This document shows positions 48,940 to 59,242 of a stretch of DNA of 64,000 nucleotides, one piece after another. Location of the stretch: contig VMGE01000004.1 of NCBI GenBank assembly GCA_007376395.1, forward strand, positions 70,431 through 134,430, written 5' to 3'. The position numbers were made by a program, and so were the translations under genes. A model generated the notes under the pieces. It worked only from the letters and a program-made list of their open reading frames with translations, ran no database searches and was not told the DNA's origin. The stretch's first letter is position 1. The number at the start of each line of letters is the position of its first letter. This DNA is from Microgenomates group bacterium Gr01-1014_5 (lineage in GTDB: Bacteria > Patescibacteriota > Microgenomatia > UBA8517 > UBA10165).

Positions 48940-48946
48940 ATCAGGT

Positions 48947-50710
48947 ATGCCTGCTATTGCCAGCCCCGCTCAGAACGGGGTCTCTGCATCTACAAACGGG
49001 GTTGCCCAACCGGTTGATTCTGCTTCCACCCTGGCTGACGTTCTTGTTTCTCAAGGGCTTTTAAAAAAAGAACAGGCAGAGGCAATTAAACTTCAAGAAT
49101 TACAGGAAGGAAAAACCCAGGAAGAGATTATTCAAGCTTTGGGAACCGTAAACGAGGAGCAACTGGCTCGTGCCAAAGCGTCATTTTATAACATCCCTTT
49201 CTTGGATTTAAACCAAGCCCCTATTTCTCCGGAAGCTTTAGCAGTTTTGCCCCAATCTGTTGCCGCGAGGTTTTCCGTACTTCCAATTTCTGTAAACCGC
49301 GAAAAGAACACGCTCGACCTGGCTATGGCCAACCCTCTTGACTTATCAGCGAATGAATTCGTCGAACAAAAAACAAACCTGCGTGTTAACCCTTTAGCGG
49401 TTGTCCCCTCACTGCTCGCCAAAATACTTACCGAACGTTATTCCATAGGCTTGGCAGAAGAAGTCACAAGCGCCTTGAAAGAGACCGATATCGGTGAAAA
49501 AACAATTGATCTTTCAAAATTATCTGAAATTATTTCAGAGGCTCCAATTGCCAGGATTGTGAAAGAGCTTTTAGCTTTTGCCGTTAAAGCCCGTGCTTCT
49601 GATATTCATATCGAGCCCGAAGAAAAACAAACCAGGGTCCGCTACCGTATTGACGGAATTTTGCAGGAAAAGTTTACAATGCCGCGCCAGTTTCATGATG
49701 CCTTAATCTCAAGAATTAAAATCTTGGGTGGAATGAAAATTGACGAAAAGCGGATTCCCCAAGACGGCAGGTTTAGTTTTAAGTCAGGCTTAGAAGAGGT
49801 GGATTTACGTGTCTCGTCACTGCCGATTGTTTATGGAGAAAAGATCGTTATGCGTTTATTAAAGAAAACAGGAGGCGTTCCCGATTTACCGGATTTGGGT
49901 TTAAGAGGACGAGCTTTAAAAAATTTGCAGGATGCAATTTTGCGGCCCCACGGAATTATTCTTGTTACCGGTCCAACAGGGAGCGGAAAAACAACTACGC
50001 TTTATTCGGTTTTATCAAAGATTAATACTCCCAAAGTCAATATTTTAACTCTTGAAGACCCGGTTGAATATAAAATGGCCGGTGTTAATCAAGTGCAAAT
50101 TAATGCAGATGCCGGTTTGACTTTTGCCACGGGTTTGCGCTCGTTTCTGCGCCAAGACCCCAACATTATCATGGTCGGAGAAATTCGCGATCAGGAAACG
50201 GCACAGCTGGCAATCCAGGCTTCTTTAACCGGACATTTGGTTTTTGCAACTTTGCACACTAATTCAGCGGCCGGCGCACTCCCCCGCTTGGTTGATATGG
50301 GAGCAGAACCGTTTTTAATCGCTTCTACTATTACTTGTATTCTTGCCCAAAGGGTTTGCAGAAAAATACACGAGCCCTGCCGGGAAGATTACACGCCCGA
50401 GGCGCCAGTGGTTGAAGATATGAAGAAGACGCTGGGTAATCTATGGAGCGCTAAGGATCCTGTGAAACTCTACAAAGGTAAAGGCGACCAGGAAGACGGC
50501 AATACAGGTTATATGGGCAGAGTTGGTATCTACGAGGTTATGCCCATTACCGAGAAAATAGGACGTTTGGCCATTGCACGGGAATCGGCAGAAAGTATCC
50601 AAAAACAAGCAGAAGAAGAAGGAATGATTACCATGAAGCAGGACGGATATCTCAAAGCTCTTGACGGAATTACCACTATAGAAGAGGTTTTGCGCGTAGC
50701 ACAAGAGTAA
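48947..50710 (+). CDS. pilB: Type IV pilus assembly ATPase PilB (GspE family) with N-terminal T2SSE_N domain
   Basis: Walker A GPTGSGKTT, Asp box, Walker B IIMVGEIRD, His box, tetracysteine CRKIHEPC; start at M16 of ORF. Confidence 0.9.
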   Translation: MPAIASPAQNGVSASTNGVAQPVDSASTLADVLVSQGLLKKEQAEAIKLQELQEGKTQEEIIQALGTVNEEQLARAKASFYNIPFLDLNQAPISPEALAVLPQSVAARFSVLPISVNREKNTLDLAMANPLDLSANEFVEQKTNLRVNPLAVVPSLLAKILTERYSIGLAEEVTSALKETDIGEKTIDLSKLSEIISEAPIARIVKELLAFAVKARASDIHIEPEEKQTRVRYRIDGILQEKFTMPRQFHDALISRIKILGGMKIDEKRIPQDGRFSFKSGLEEVDLRVSSLPIVYGEKIVMRLLKKTGGVPDLPDLGLRGRALKNLQDAILRPHGIILVTGPTGSGKTTTLYSVLSKINTPKVNILTLEDPVEYKMAGVNQVQINADAGLTFATGLRSFLRQDPNIIMVGEIRDQETAQLAIQASLTGHLVFATLHTNSAAGALPRLVDMGAEPFLIASTITCILAQRVCRKIHEPCREDYTPEAPVVEDMKKTLGNLWSAKDPVKLYKGKGDQEDGNTGYMGRVGIYEVMPITEKIGRLAIARESAESIQKQAEEEGMITMKQDGYLKALDGITTIEEVLRVAQE

Positions 50711-50816
50711 TTAAAATTCAAAATGCAAAAATCAAAATTGCAAGTCAAAATTCAAAAGTGCTATTCTGAACTGTTGCGTAACTTTTGCCTTTTAACTTTT
50801 GCCTTTTAACTTATCT
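50711..50816 (+). repeat. AT-rich repeats upstream of pilT (CAAAATT-like units; AACTTTTGCCTTTT x2)
   Basis: aacttttgccttttaacttttgccttttaactt read directly. Confidence 0.7.
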
Positions 50817-51875
50817 ATGGAATTTGCCCAACTGCTCCAATTAGTCGTTGACAGAAAAGCTTCTGATTTACATTTAGTGGTTGGTTTGCCTCCTATGCTT
50901 AGGGTAGACGGTCTCTTGGCGGCAGTTCCCAACGAGCAGGTTTTGGCTCCTGAGGACGTCGACCGTTTAATAAAAAGCTTTTTAACCGCTGAACAAATAG
51001 AAAGAGTCACAGTTAATAAAGAAATAGATTTGGGTGTGTCTTTCTCGCAAAACGCCCGTTTCCGCGCCAATATTTATCATCAAAGGGGTTATATAACAGC
51101 CGCCTTGCGCAGAATTCCCATGGAAATCCCAACGATTGAGGGATTAAAGCTTCCACAAATTCTTTACACTTTCACCAAACTTAGACAAGGCCTGGTTTTA
51201 GTTACCGGACCCACAGGTCACGGTAAATCAACTACAATCGCCGCCATGCTGGACGAAATTAACAAAACCCGTCCCGCACACGTTCTTACCATAGAAGACC
51301 CCATTGAATTTGTTTTTACGCCGCGCCAGGCAATGTTTTCCCAAAGAGAAATGCGCGAAGACACTTTATCCTGGGAAATCGCGCTCCGCTCGGCTCTGCG
51401 TGAAGATCCGGATATTGTGCTCATTGGTGAGATGCGCGACTATGAAACAATAGCCGCGGCGCTTACCATTGCCGAGACAGGACATCTTGTCTTTGCAACG
51501 CTGCATACCAATTCCGCCGCTCAAACCATTGACCGGATTGTTGACGTTTTTCCTGAAAATCAACAGTCTCAAGTGAGGCTCCAGTTGTCAAACGTTCTTG
51601 AGGGCGTGTTTTCACAGCGCCTTGTTCCTCTGCTTTCAGGAGGGAGAACAGCGGCGTATGAAGTGTTGACCGGAACCAATGCTGTCCGTTCTACCATCCG
51701 GGACGGTAAAACGCACCAAATTGACAATATTATTCAAACTTCTGCCGAGTTTGGTATGACTACTCTGGAAGCGAATTTAGCTGCTTACGTCCAACAAGGA
51801 TTAATTTCCCTCGAAGAGGCTATAAGCTTCTCTATCCGCCCGGAAGAACTGACTCGCATAGTTAAAGGCTCTTGA
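50817..51875 (+). CDS. pilT: Type IV pilus retraction ATPase PilT
   Basis: GPTGHGKSTT, DIVLIGEMRD, AIRSALREDPD, GHLVFATLHTNSAAQTIDRI. Confidence 0.9.
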   Translation: MEFAQLLQLVVDRKASDLHLVVGLPPMLRVDGLLAAVPNEQVLAPEDVDRLIKSFLTAEQIERVTVNKEIDLGVSFSQNARFRANIYHQRGYITAALRRIPMEIPTIEGLKLPQILYTFTKLRQGLVLVTGPTGHGKSTTIAAMLDEINKTRPAHVLTIEDPIEFVFTPRQAMFSQREMREDTLSWEIALRSALREDPDIVLIGEMRDYETIAAALTIAETGHLVFATLHTNSAAQTIDRIVDVFPENQQSQVRLQLSNVLEGVFSQRLVPLLSGGRTAAYEVLTGTNAVRSTIRDGKTHQIDNIIQTSAEFGMTTLEANLAAYVQQGLISLEEAISFSIRPEELTRIVKGS

Positions 51876-51878
51876 GCT

Positions 51879-53087
51879 ATGAATGTATTTAAATATCAGG
51901 CAAAAGACCAAACTGGAAAGAAGATCACCGGCAAAGTAGAGGCAGAAACCGGACATGACGCCGCGAGGCTTTTGCGGGAAAGAAATCTGGTTGCTTACCG
52001 CATTTCCCCCCAAACACCCTTTTTTCTTTTAGATATCTTTAATAAAGCAACAAACAAAGTTTCCCTTGCCGACGTGTCGATTTTAACCCGCCAGTTTTCA
52101 ACCATGATTTCAGCAGGTTTGCCGATAACTGACGCTTTGGTAATTATCCGTTCCCAGTGTGCTCCGCAAATGCTGCCGATTGTTAACCAGATACTGTCTG
52201 ATGTTCAAGGCGGGAGTTCTTTGGCAGAGTCTATGGGGAAACACCCTAAAGTTTTTTCGCAAGTCTATGTGTCGCTGATTAAAGCAGGAGAGTCGGGAGG
52301 TGTTTTGGATAAAATCTTGGCGCGTTTGGCTGAAAATTTGGAAAACGAGCGTGAGTTTCAAGCAAAGGTAAAAGGAGCGATGATTTACCCCGTGGTGGTC
52401 GTTTCTGGTATGGCTGTAGTTGTTTCGGTTATGCTTATCTTTGTTATTCCAAAAATAACCTCTATCTACCAGGATTTCGGAGCAAAACTGCCAACTCCGA
52501 CATTAATTTTGATAGGACTTTCGAATGGTGCCCAGAAATATTGGTGGCTGGTAATTTTAATCGGCGCGGGTATTTATTACGGTTTTACGCTTTATAAAAA
52601 AACTCCCGGAGGGCGTATGAAGGTAGATGAGTGGAAATTCAAAATACCTATTATTGGCAACTTGCAAAAACAAGTTATTTTAACCGAATTTACAAGGACT
52701 CTTGGGTTACTCGTCGGTTCCGGTATCCCTATTCTCGAAGCCTTAAAGGTGGTTTCCGGGGCAGTTGATAATGTTCTTGTTGCCCAGGCATTAACGCGCG
52801 CCGGAGAAAAAATAGAAAAAGGGTTTACTCTCGCCTATGCACTCTCGCAAGAAGCAAAAGTATTTCCTGCAATGCTCTATCAAATGCTGGCAGTTGGCGA
52901 AGAGACCGGAAAAGTAGACGAAACCCTGCTTTCTGTTTCAAATGTTTTTGGACAAGAGTCAGAACATACGGTGCGTAATTTAACAACCGCTATTGAGCCA
53001 ATTATTATGATTGTTTTAGGAATTATCGTTGCCGCTTTGGTTATTGCGGTTATTCTGCCTATCTTCAACCTTTCGTCACAATTCTAG
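51879..53087 (+). CDS. pilC: Type IV pilus inner-membrane platform protein PilC (GspF family)
   Basis: Two GspF repeats, three TM segments. Confidence 0.9.
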   Translation: MNVFKYQAKDQTGKKITGKVEAETGHDAARLLRERNLVAYRISPQTPFFLLDIFNKATNKVSLADVSILTRQFSTMISAGLPITDALVIIRSQCAPQMLPIVNQILSDVQGGSSLAESMGKHPKVFSQVYVSLIKAGESGGVLDKILARLAENLENEREFQAKVKGAMIYPVVVVSGMAVVVSVMLIFVIPKITSIYQDFGAKLPTPTLILIGLSNGAQKYWWLVILIGAGIYYGFTLYKKTPGGRMKVDEWKFKIPIIGNLQKQVILTEFTRTLGLLVGSGIPILEALKVVSGAVDNVLVAQALTRAGEKIEKGFTLAYALSQEAKVFPAMLYQMLAVGEETGKVDETLLSVSNVFGQESEHTVRNLTTAIEPIIMIVLGIIVAALVIAVILPIFNLSSQF

Positions 53088-53130
53088 AGCCATTCAGTCT
53101 GTCGGGTGGTCAGAGAACTCGGTACTCCGG

Positions 53131-53242
53131 TGAATCAGGGTCTCAGCAAGTGTCAGTGTTATCAGCACATTCTGTGAGTCAGAAATTTCTGACACTCTGA
53201 TTAACTGATATTCTGAAGTGCTGACTACCGACACCCTGATTA
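53131..53242. repeat. ~110-bp imperfect palindrome with periodic TCAG (left arm) / CTGA (right arm), core TCAGAAATTTCTGA; candidate bidirectional terminator or structured RNA
   Basis: Between convergent pilC and pilin genes; arms share AATCAGGGT...GTCAGAA. Confidence 0.5.
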
Positions 53243-53806
53243 TGGGCAGGTAATAGTTGAGGCAGAGAATACTTCAAAATTAGTATCGTTGTTTCCGCCG
53301 TCGTTAATCATCTTTATCTTCTCCTTGTTTGAAGCGGATTCCATATAAGTACACAATTTATATCCGGCTGTTGAGTATCTGAAATAATAGTATGCGTTAG
53401 TTCCAGGAACTGCTGTCCCTGCCGAATCTGTGACAGAAGTTGCTCTGTTGATGGGATCAACAGGAATCACATTTGCGTAAGGACAGAGATTTACTCCAAG
53501 CCAGTTTGTAGAACATGTTTTTAAGACTGTAGGACCACTTTCCTTATTTGCGTTTAGCCCTGTAAGTGTACCAGGATTATCTTGGTAGTATTGCTCAATA
53601 ATGGCTTGTAAAGTGGCCATGTCTTTTAGCCTTGCAGTGTCGCGGGCTTTCTTTTGCGCCTCGGCAGGGTTGATGGCCACAAGAGCAACTGTGGCAAGAA
53701 TTCCCAAGATACCAATAACTACGAGTACCTCGATAAGTGTGAAACCGAGTTTTAACTGAAGCTTTCTTTTATTAAGAGCAGATATAAACATTTGTAAGTT
53801 ATTCAA
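53240..53806 (-). CDS. Type IV pilin (probable major pilin) with long leader
   Basis: Class III signal ...KLG|FTLIEVLVVIGILGILA, mature-domain ARDTARLKDMATLQAI pilin pattern; largest and first pilin adjacent to pilC. Confidence 0.7.
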   Translation of the reverse strand: MNNLQMFISALNKRKLQLKLGFTLIEVLVVIGILGILATVALVAINPAEAQKKARDTARLKDMATLQAIIEQYYQDNPGTLTGLNANKESGPTVLKTCSTNWLGVNLCPYANVIPVDPINRATSVTDSAGTAVPGTNAYYYFRYSTAGYKLCTYMESASNKEKIKMINDGGNNDTNFEVFSASTITCP

Positions 53807-53890
53807 TTATTGACACTTCCGTGTTCTTCTGTCAAGCCCCAATTTGAGTTCATATTTCCATCTCTTCTGCACTTGTGGTACTTTTAAGTC

Positions 53891-54448
53891 ATGGAAAAAA
53901 TTAAAGGTATTACAAAAATTAGACTAATCTTTGGAATTGCTTTTCTGGCACTCATCTTTACTGCTTTTTACTCGCAAATAGATCCAGCAGAAAAGACGAA
54001 GCAAAAAATTGACCGCGAGAATACAGAATACGCAAAAAATATTCTCGGAGCTGTTGCAGGTTTTTACCAAGACACAGGCAGAATGCCTTGGACGGATGAC
54101 TTTGGCTCGGAAAAAGGCGAGGCTCCTTTAATGTTTACTCAAGTGACGGAAACTTCTGTAGGGATTTGCGAAAACACCAAGTGTGCCGGCCCTGGCGAGT
54201 TGGCTCTAAAGGAGCAGAAACTCTACCCTCTGCCTTTTGGAGCAAAAAGTCTGCTTGTTGGCAAAGGTACTTCTAATAGTGATCCGGTTTATGTCTGTTT
54301 CGTACCAGAATCACAAAACATTCGGGAAAAGACGGGAAGTCTTTATAGAATAGAGGAGCTTAAAAAGAAGATTTTCACCGGAGACCTTCCCGCTTGCGGC
54401 GACAATGTCGACTGGAAAGACGAATCCTGCTACGTTTGTATTAAGTAA
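53891..54448 (+). CDS. Membrane-anchored Cys-containing hypothetical protein in pilus locus
   Basis: N-terminal TM, 6 Cys, no prepilin cleavage motif. Confidence 0.4.
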   Translation: MEKIKGITKIRLIFGIAFLALIFTAFYSQIDPAEKTKQKIDRENTEYAKNILGAVAGFYQDTGRMPWTDDFGSEKGEAPLMFTQVTETSVGICENTKCAGPGELALKEQKLYPLPFGAKSLLVGKGTSNSDPVYVCFVPESQNIREKTGSLYRIEELKKKIFTGDLPACGDNVDWKDESCYVCIK

Positions 54449-55239
54449 TGACACTCTTTGAGTATTTAACTCTGCTTATTTTTGGACTTGTTAGCGGTTC
54501 TTTTTTAGGTATGCTTACCTACCGTTTGCCGCGTTCCTTGCATTTTGGCGGAAGATCATATTGTGACCATTGCAAGAGAAAACTTTCTTGGAGCGAAAAC
54601 CTGCCCTTAATTTCCTACCTTGTTCTTAAAAAGTGCAGGTGCGGCAAGAAAATCCCCTCACGTTATCCGTTAATCGAGGCTGCAACAGCAGGATTTTTTG
54701 TTCTGACGGGTTTTGCATACTCGGCAAACATTAACAGCGGTTTTTTAGATACTCTTCATTCGCGTTTGGGGCCTGCTACCCTGCCATTTCTACTATTAAT
54801 AGTTATGGTTCTTATGGCTCTTGCCGTTATTGATATAGAGCGGCAAATCTTGCCTGACGCTCTAGTTTATATTTTAGGTCTTATTTTCGCAGTCTACTTT
54901 ATCCTCTTTGCCAACAACTTATTGTTTTCGCATTTGTTGTGGGGATATTTGAGTTTTCTCTTTTTTCTTACAATTTATTTAGTCACAAAACGCCGCGGTA
55001 TGGGGTTTGGAGATGTTAAATTGTCGTTTGTTTTGGGAAGCTTCTTGGGTTTTGAGCAATCTATTCTTTGGCTGTTTGGGGCGTTTACCTTAGGCGCTGT
55101 TGCAGGTCTAATTCTTCTTGCTGTCAGACGTGCTAAACTGGGATTGCCAATACCGTTCGGGCCTTTTCTTCTTGTTTCTTTTTGGTTGACTGTTTTCTAC
55201 GGGGAAAAGATTGTTGGTTGGTATCTTAAGCTACTATAA
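54448..55239 (+). CDS. pilD: Prepilin peptidase PilD (A24 family) with N-terminal zinc-binding CxxC...CxxC
   Basis: CDHCKRKLSWSENLP...CRCG, catalytic Asp-containing TM regions, GFGDVKL motif. Confidence 0.9.
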   Translation: MTLFEYLTLLIFGLVSGSFLGMLTYRLPRSLHFGGRSYCDHCKRKLSWSENLPLISYLVLKKCRCGKKIPSRYPLIEAATAGFFVLTGFAYSANINSGFLDTLHSRLGPATLPFLLLIVMVLMALAVIDIERQILPDALVYILGLIFAVYFILFANNLLFSHLLWGYLSFLFFLTIYLVTKRRGMGFGDVKLSFVLGSFLGFEQSILWLFGAFTLGAVAGLILLAVRRAKLGLPIPFGPFLLVSFWLTVFYGEKIVGWYLKLL

Positions 55240-55254
55240 TAATTTATATTCGGT

Positions 55255-55755
55255 ATGAAGAAAAACGAAATAATAGGCGTCGGAATAATCCTCGCGGTAA
55301 TCTTCATAGCCGCCTTTTTTAATCTGAAAAATTCCCTGCTTTTGGCCCGCGACGTCCAACGCAAAAACGATTTAAAGCATATTGCTACCGCACTGACTGC
55401 TTATACGGATATAGCCCGAAGCTATCCAGGGGCAATAGACGGAAAAATCGCAAACTGTGGAATTGGCATGAGCGAGGCTTGCCGCTGGGGTATTGATCCA
55501 TTAAATGCTTCAGAATCGGCAATTATGGAGAGAATGCCGAACGATCCTTCTTGGGCTCAAAGTTATTCTTATCTTTACCGCTCAAACAGAAAAGATTTCC
55601 AGCTTTATGCTCATTTGGAAGACAAAAACGAAGAGGAAATTGACCGCGATATTGAGAAAAAAGGATTTTCCTGCGGGGTGGCAGTCTGCAACTTCGGTCT
55701 ATCGTCTTCAAAGCTTCCTTTAACTGAAAACATCGAAGAAGTGGTTGAAGAGTAG
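55255..55755 (+). CDS. Pilin-like protein with non-canonical N-terminus
   Basis: TM helix followed by ARDVQRKNDLKHIATALTAY pilin-type helix, but no G-1/F+1/E+5 prepilin motif. Confidence 0.45.
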   Translation: MKKNEIIGVGIILAVIFIAAFFNLKNSLLLARDVQRKNDLKHIATALTAYTDIARSYPGAIDGKIANCGIGMSEACRWGIDPLNASESAIMERMPNDPSWAQSYSYLYRSNRKDFQLYAHLEDKNEEEIDRDIEKKGFSCGVAVCNFGLSSSKLPLTENIEEVVEE

Positions 55756-56245
55756 TATGAAAATAAAAATTAACGGTTTCACACTGATTGAGGTTTTGGT
55801 TGTAATTGCTGTTATTGTCAGTATTACTGCTGTTTCCGGAGGTTATTGGGCAGCCGGAATTAAAAAGGGGCGCAACACAGAGCGCAAGTCAGACCTTGCC
55901 CTTTATAAGGTAGCTCTGGAAAATTATGCCTCTGCTAATAATTCTTATTATCCGTCAGCTGTTACCACAAAAAGGCTTTCTGTTTTTTGCGCGAGTTATT
56001 TAGCGCTTTATATTCCTGATTGCCCTGAAGACTCCTATTATGGAAACGACAACACCCTTGTCTACAACTATCAAGCTTACGGCGGGAATCCTTTGGAGGT
56101 TGATGGCGACCCGACTGCTTTGCGCTGGGTTATGTGGTCAAAACTTGAAACAACCAGCAAAATATGGGTATCCTGTTCTAATGGCAAGAGCGGCGAGATG
56201 GATTCCGTTGGTTTTGCGGTAAGCGACGCGAACTGTCCACTCTAA
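55745..56245 (+). CDS. Type IV pilin-like protein (prepilin-type N-terminal methylation domain)
   Basis: KING|FTLIEVLVVIAVIVSI, then TERKSDLALYKVALENY. Confidence 0.7.
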   Translation: MKSSMKIKINGFTLIEVLVVIAVIVSITAVSGGYWAAGIKKGRNTERKSDLALYKVALENYASANNSYYPSAVTTKRLSVFCASYLALYIPDCPEDSYYGNDNTLVYNYQAYGGNPLEVDGDPTALRWVMWSKLETTSKIWVSCSNGKSGEMDSVGFAVSDANCPL

Positions 56246-56290
56246 CCGCAAATTTTTAATTTTAAATTTATAATTTAAAATGAAATCATA

Positions 56291-56788
56291 ATGTTTAAAT
56301 ATTTAAATACTAAAAATTCAATAAAAATTTCAAATTTCAAATTTCAAATTGGATTTACCCTTATCGAGCTGATGGTGGCAATTACAATTGTGGGAATTTT
56401 GGTCGCGCTTTCTACCTCTGCTTTTCTTGGCGCCAAGAGATCGGCCCGTGACGCCGAAAGGAAAGCAGATTTAGAAGACATCCGCTCAGCTTTGGAGATT
56501 TACCGTTCTGACTGCGGTTTATACCCGCCGGACACTGGAGCTGGCGCTCTGGTTCCCGGAGCCGCGCTTACTGCAACTTGCGCAGGTGCTGTAAATACCT
56601 ATATGTCGCTAGTTCCGCAAGACCCGCTTAAGGATCAAAGCGGTTATGTTTATAAATACACCCGTCTAACCAGCAGTACCTATCGCCTTTGTGCTTACTT
56701 GGAAAACGGCTCGGGTGTGGTCATTGCGTGTGGTAAATGCGATGAGTCAAATGCTGTTGATTGCAACTACAGTGCTGTAAACCCCTAA
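56291..56788 (+). CDS. Type IV pilin-like protein
   Basis: ...KFQIG|FTLIELMVAITIVGIL, ARDAERKADLEDIRSALEIY, C-terminal Cys pair; leader spans AAATTTC repeats so true start uncertain. Confidence 0.7.
   Translation: MFKYLNTKNSIKISNFKFQIGFTLIELMVAITIVGILVALSTSAFLGAKRSARDAERKADLEDIRSALEIYRSDCGLYPPDTGAGALVPGAALTATCAGAVNTYMSLVPQDPLKDQSGYVYKYTRLTSSTYRLCAYLENGSGVVIACGKCDESNAVDCNYSAVNP
56325..56350 (+). repeat. (AAATTTC)x3.7 microsatellite at 5' end of pilin gene
   Basis: aaatttcaaatttcaaatttcaaatt. Confidence 0.8.
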
Positions 56789-56828
56789 CGTGATAATTTT
56801 AAATTTAAAATTTGAAATTTTTAATTCC

Positions 56829-57332
56829 ATGCGCCAGCGTGGCTATACTCTTGTCGAAATCATGATCGGGATGACAATTCTTTCTTTTTTGTTTATCGGC
56901 GGGTATACAGCTTACCGGGAATTTGTGCGCAGACAAATTTTAACCATAGCCACAGAGGATCTGAAGGTGAATCTCAATTCAGCCAGACAAAAGGCGCTTG
57001 GCGCAGAACGACCCGATCCAAACAGCGGAGAATGTTTGGGTGACTTTTTGGGATACTCGTTTACTTTTAACGAGACTTCTTATACTATGGCTCCCAACTG
57101 CGAAGATGTGAGTCCTGGCGCTCTATCCCCTTTCGTTAAAACAGTTAGCTTGTCTGCTTCTGTTTCTGTATCTATACCTGTTTCTGATACAGCCAGTCCA
57201 AATAAAATTTTATTTAAGGCACTGGGCGGCGGAACCGATGTTACAGGCACTCCAGCCGTTATTACCCTAACCCACACCCAATCGGGAAATTTTAAAACTA
57301 TTACTGTTACAGGAGCAGGAGTCATTAAATGA
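56829..57332 (+). CDS. Minor pilin-like protein
   Basis: MRQRG|YTLVEIMIGMTILSFLFIGG; start at M14 of ORF 56790..57332. Confidence 0.6.
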   Translation: MRQRGYTLVEIMIGMTILSFLFIGGYTAYREFVRRQILTIATEDLKVNLNSARQKALGAERPDPNSGECLGDFLGYSFTFNETSYTMAPNCEDVSPGALSPFVKTVSLSASVSVSIPVSDTASPNKILFKALGGGTDVTGTPAVITLTHTQSGNFKTITVTGAGVIK

Positions 57333-57787
57333 AAAAAAACAGAAGCAAGGGACAGAGTCTTTTTGAATTGATTATTGCCATAGGTATAGGAATTATTATC
57401 GTGACGGCAATTGTGCAGTTAGTCACGATTTCTGTACGCAACGCAAGTTTTGCTAAAAACAAGAATGAGGCAACGCGTCTTGCCCAGCAAGCCTTAGAAT
57501 GGCTAAGGTCTGAAAAAGAAAAGGACTGGGCTGTTTTTTACAATCGTACCGGAAACCCTGCTTATTGGTGCCTTCCCACTCTTGCTTGGATCGCGGGTCA
57601 GTGCGGGTCTGGACAAACTATTTCCGGCAGCACGACTTTTACAAGACAAGCAACTCTTGACCAGGATGACATTGATGATGATGGTGAAGTAATTGACATC
57701 GCGGTGGTCGTGGTGACTGTGTTTTGGACAGAAGGCGGAAAAACACATCAATCTCAGGTAACAACTCAATTTGGGGAGACTGATTAA
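57329..57787 (+). CDS. Minor pilin-like protein
   Basis: KGQ|SLFELIIAIGIGIIIV prepilin-like N-terminus. Confidence 0.6.
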   Translation: MKKNRSKGQSLFELIIAIGIGIIIVTAIVQLVTISVRNASFAKNKNEATRLAQQALEWLRSEKEKDWAVFYNRTGNPAYWCLPTLAWIAGQCGSGQTISGSTTFTRQATLDQDDIDDDGEVIDIAVVVVTVFWTEGGKTHQSQVTTQFGETD

Positions 57788-57805
57788 TATAGTACCAATC
57801 TAATT

Positions 57806-58318
57806 ATGAAACAAAAAGGCCATGCCTGCCGGCAGGCAGGATTTTCACTACTTGAGATTGTTGTCGTAATTACTCTCTTTACCGGTATTGTCTTTTTTGC
57901 AAACCAGGCGTTGTTTTCTACCTTAAAAGGTAATACAAAATCTCAAGTCTCAACAAAAATAAAACAAGCGTCGTCTTATGCGTTTGATCTCATGGAAAGA
58001 GAGTTGCGGCAAAGTACAGCTGTCGGTACCTGTACTTCCACCTCTATTGCGTACACAAATATAGATGGTGTACCGTCCTCATTTGTTTGTAATACGGGTA
58101 CGGCAGGATTTCTTACTTCTGGCCCAACCCTTACACAAACAAAGATAACTCCTGATGATGTTGCAGTTACTGCCTGTAATTTTTCCTGCACTGTCTCAGG
58201 TTCTTCACGTACCGTAAACCTCGACGTTACCTTTGCTCAGACAGGGAATTCTGCTCTCCTTCGTGTCGAAGAAACCGATAAATATCAACTAAAAAACCAA
58301 ATCCTACTGAGAAATTAA
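57806..58318 (+). CDS. Minor pilin-like protein
   Basis: RQAG|FSLLEIVVVITLFTGIV. Confidence 0.6.
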   Translation: MKQKGHACRQAGFSLLEIVVVITLFTGIVFFANQALFSTLKGNTKSQVSTKIKQASSYAFDLMERELRQSTAVGTCTSTSIAYTNIDGVPSSFVCNTGTAGFLTSGPTLTQTKITPDDVAVTACNFSCTVSGSSRTVNLDVTFAQTGNSALLRVEETDKYQLKNQILLRN

Positions 58319-58366
58319 AAATTGACACAGTGTGCCAAATTAAGGTTAAATAAAACTGTGAGAAAT

Positions 58367-59242
58367 ATGCGTGGACAGGCTTTGGTGGTCATTGTCTTAA
58401 TTATGGCGGTTGTTTTAACCATTGCCCTTTCCGTTGTTTCGCGTACAGTAAGCGACATAAATATTTCTACAAAAGAAGATGATTCTTCGCGGGCGTTTTC
58501 TGCTGCAGAGGCAGGGGTTGAGCAAGCTCTGCTTAAGGGCACACCGCAAACTTTTGGAGCGGAAGTCGGAAGCACGGGTAGTTTTAATGCAACCATTAGT
58601 CAGCTTACAAGCGGCGGTACTGAATTTGCCGTTCCCATACTTCTCTCTTCCGGAGAAATAGCCCCTGTTTGGTTGGTTGAACACGATGACATAACTTCAG
58701 AACTTATCTGCTCTGACTTAAAGCCATGTTTTACAGGTGACGAATTGAAGGTTTGTTGGGGAGAACCCGGTACGCCATCTGATTCTTCCACAACTCCTGC
58801 CTTGGAAGTTTCTGTGGTTTATACCGAGTCTGAAAATTTTTCAACCACAAAAATTGCCCGCGCCGCCTATGATCCCCATCCAACCCGAGCTAATAATTTT
58901 GAAAAAGGCGCAGACGGCGGAGAGGCGATTGATGGCGTTGCTTATGAATTTTGCAGGAAAGTCAACCTTGTAAATCTTGATGTTAACATCAGAAATACAG
59001 GCAGTGCTCGTCCCGGTCCCCAATATGCCAGACTGAGGATGCTTTACAATACAACTCAATCTCAGCCCGCCGGAGTTAAAATTGTCGGGGCTGGAAATTT
59101 GCCGCTTCAGGGACAAAAAGTTGTTTCCACGGGGACGTCAGGAGAAGCTCAAAGAAGTCTTGAAGTATATAAACTTTTTTCAGACCTGCCGCCAATTTTT
59201 GACTATACTCTTTTTTCCGGCGCTGGAGGAATTGTAAAGTAA
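58367..59242 (+). CDS. PilX-like minor pilin/tip-associated protein
   Basis: MRGQ|ALVVIVLIMAVVLTIALSV PilX_N-type N-terminus; start at M16 of ORF. Confidence 0.55.
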   Translation: MRGQALVVIVLIMAVVLTIALSVVSRTVSDINISTKEDDSSRAFSAAEAGVEQALLKGTPQTFGAEVGSTGSFNATISQLTSGGTEFAVPILLSSGEIAPVWLVEHDDITSELICSDLKPCFTGDELKVCWGEPGTPSDSSTTPALEVSVVYTESENFSTTKIARAAYDPHPTRANNFEKGADGGEAIDGVAYEFCRKVNLVNLDVNIRNTGSARPGPQYARLRMLYNTTQSQPAGVKIVGAGNLPLQGQKVVSTGTSGEAQRSLEVYKLFSDLPPIFDYTLFSGAGGIVK

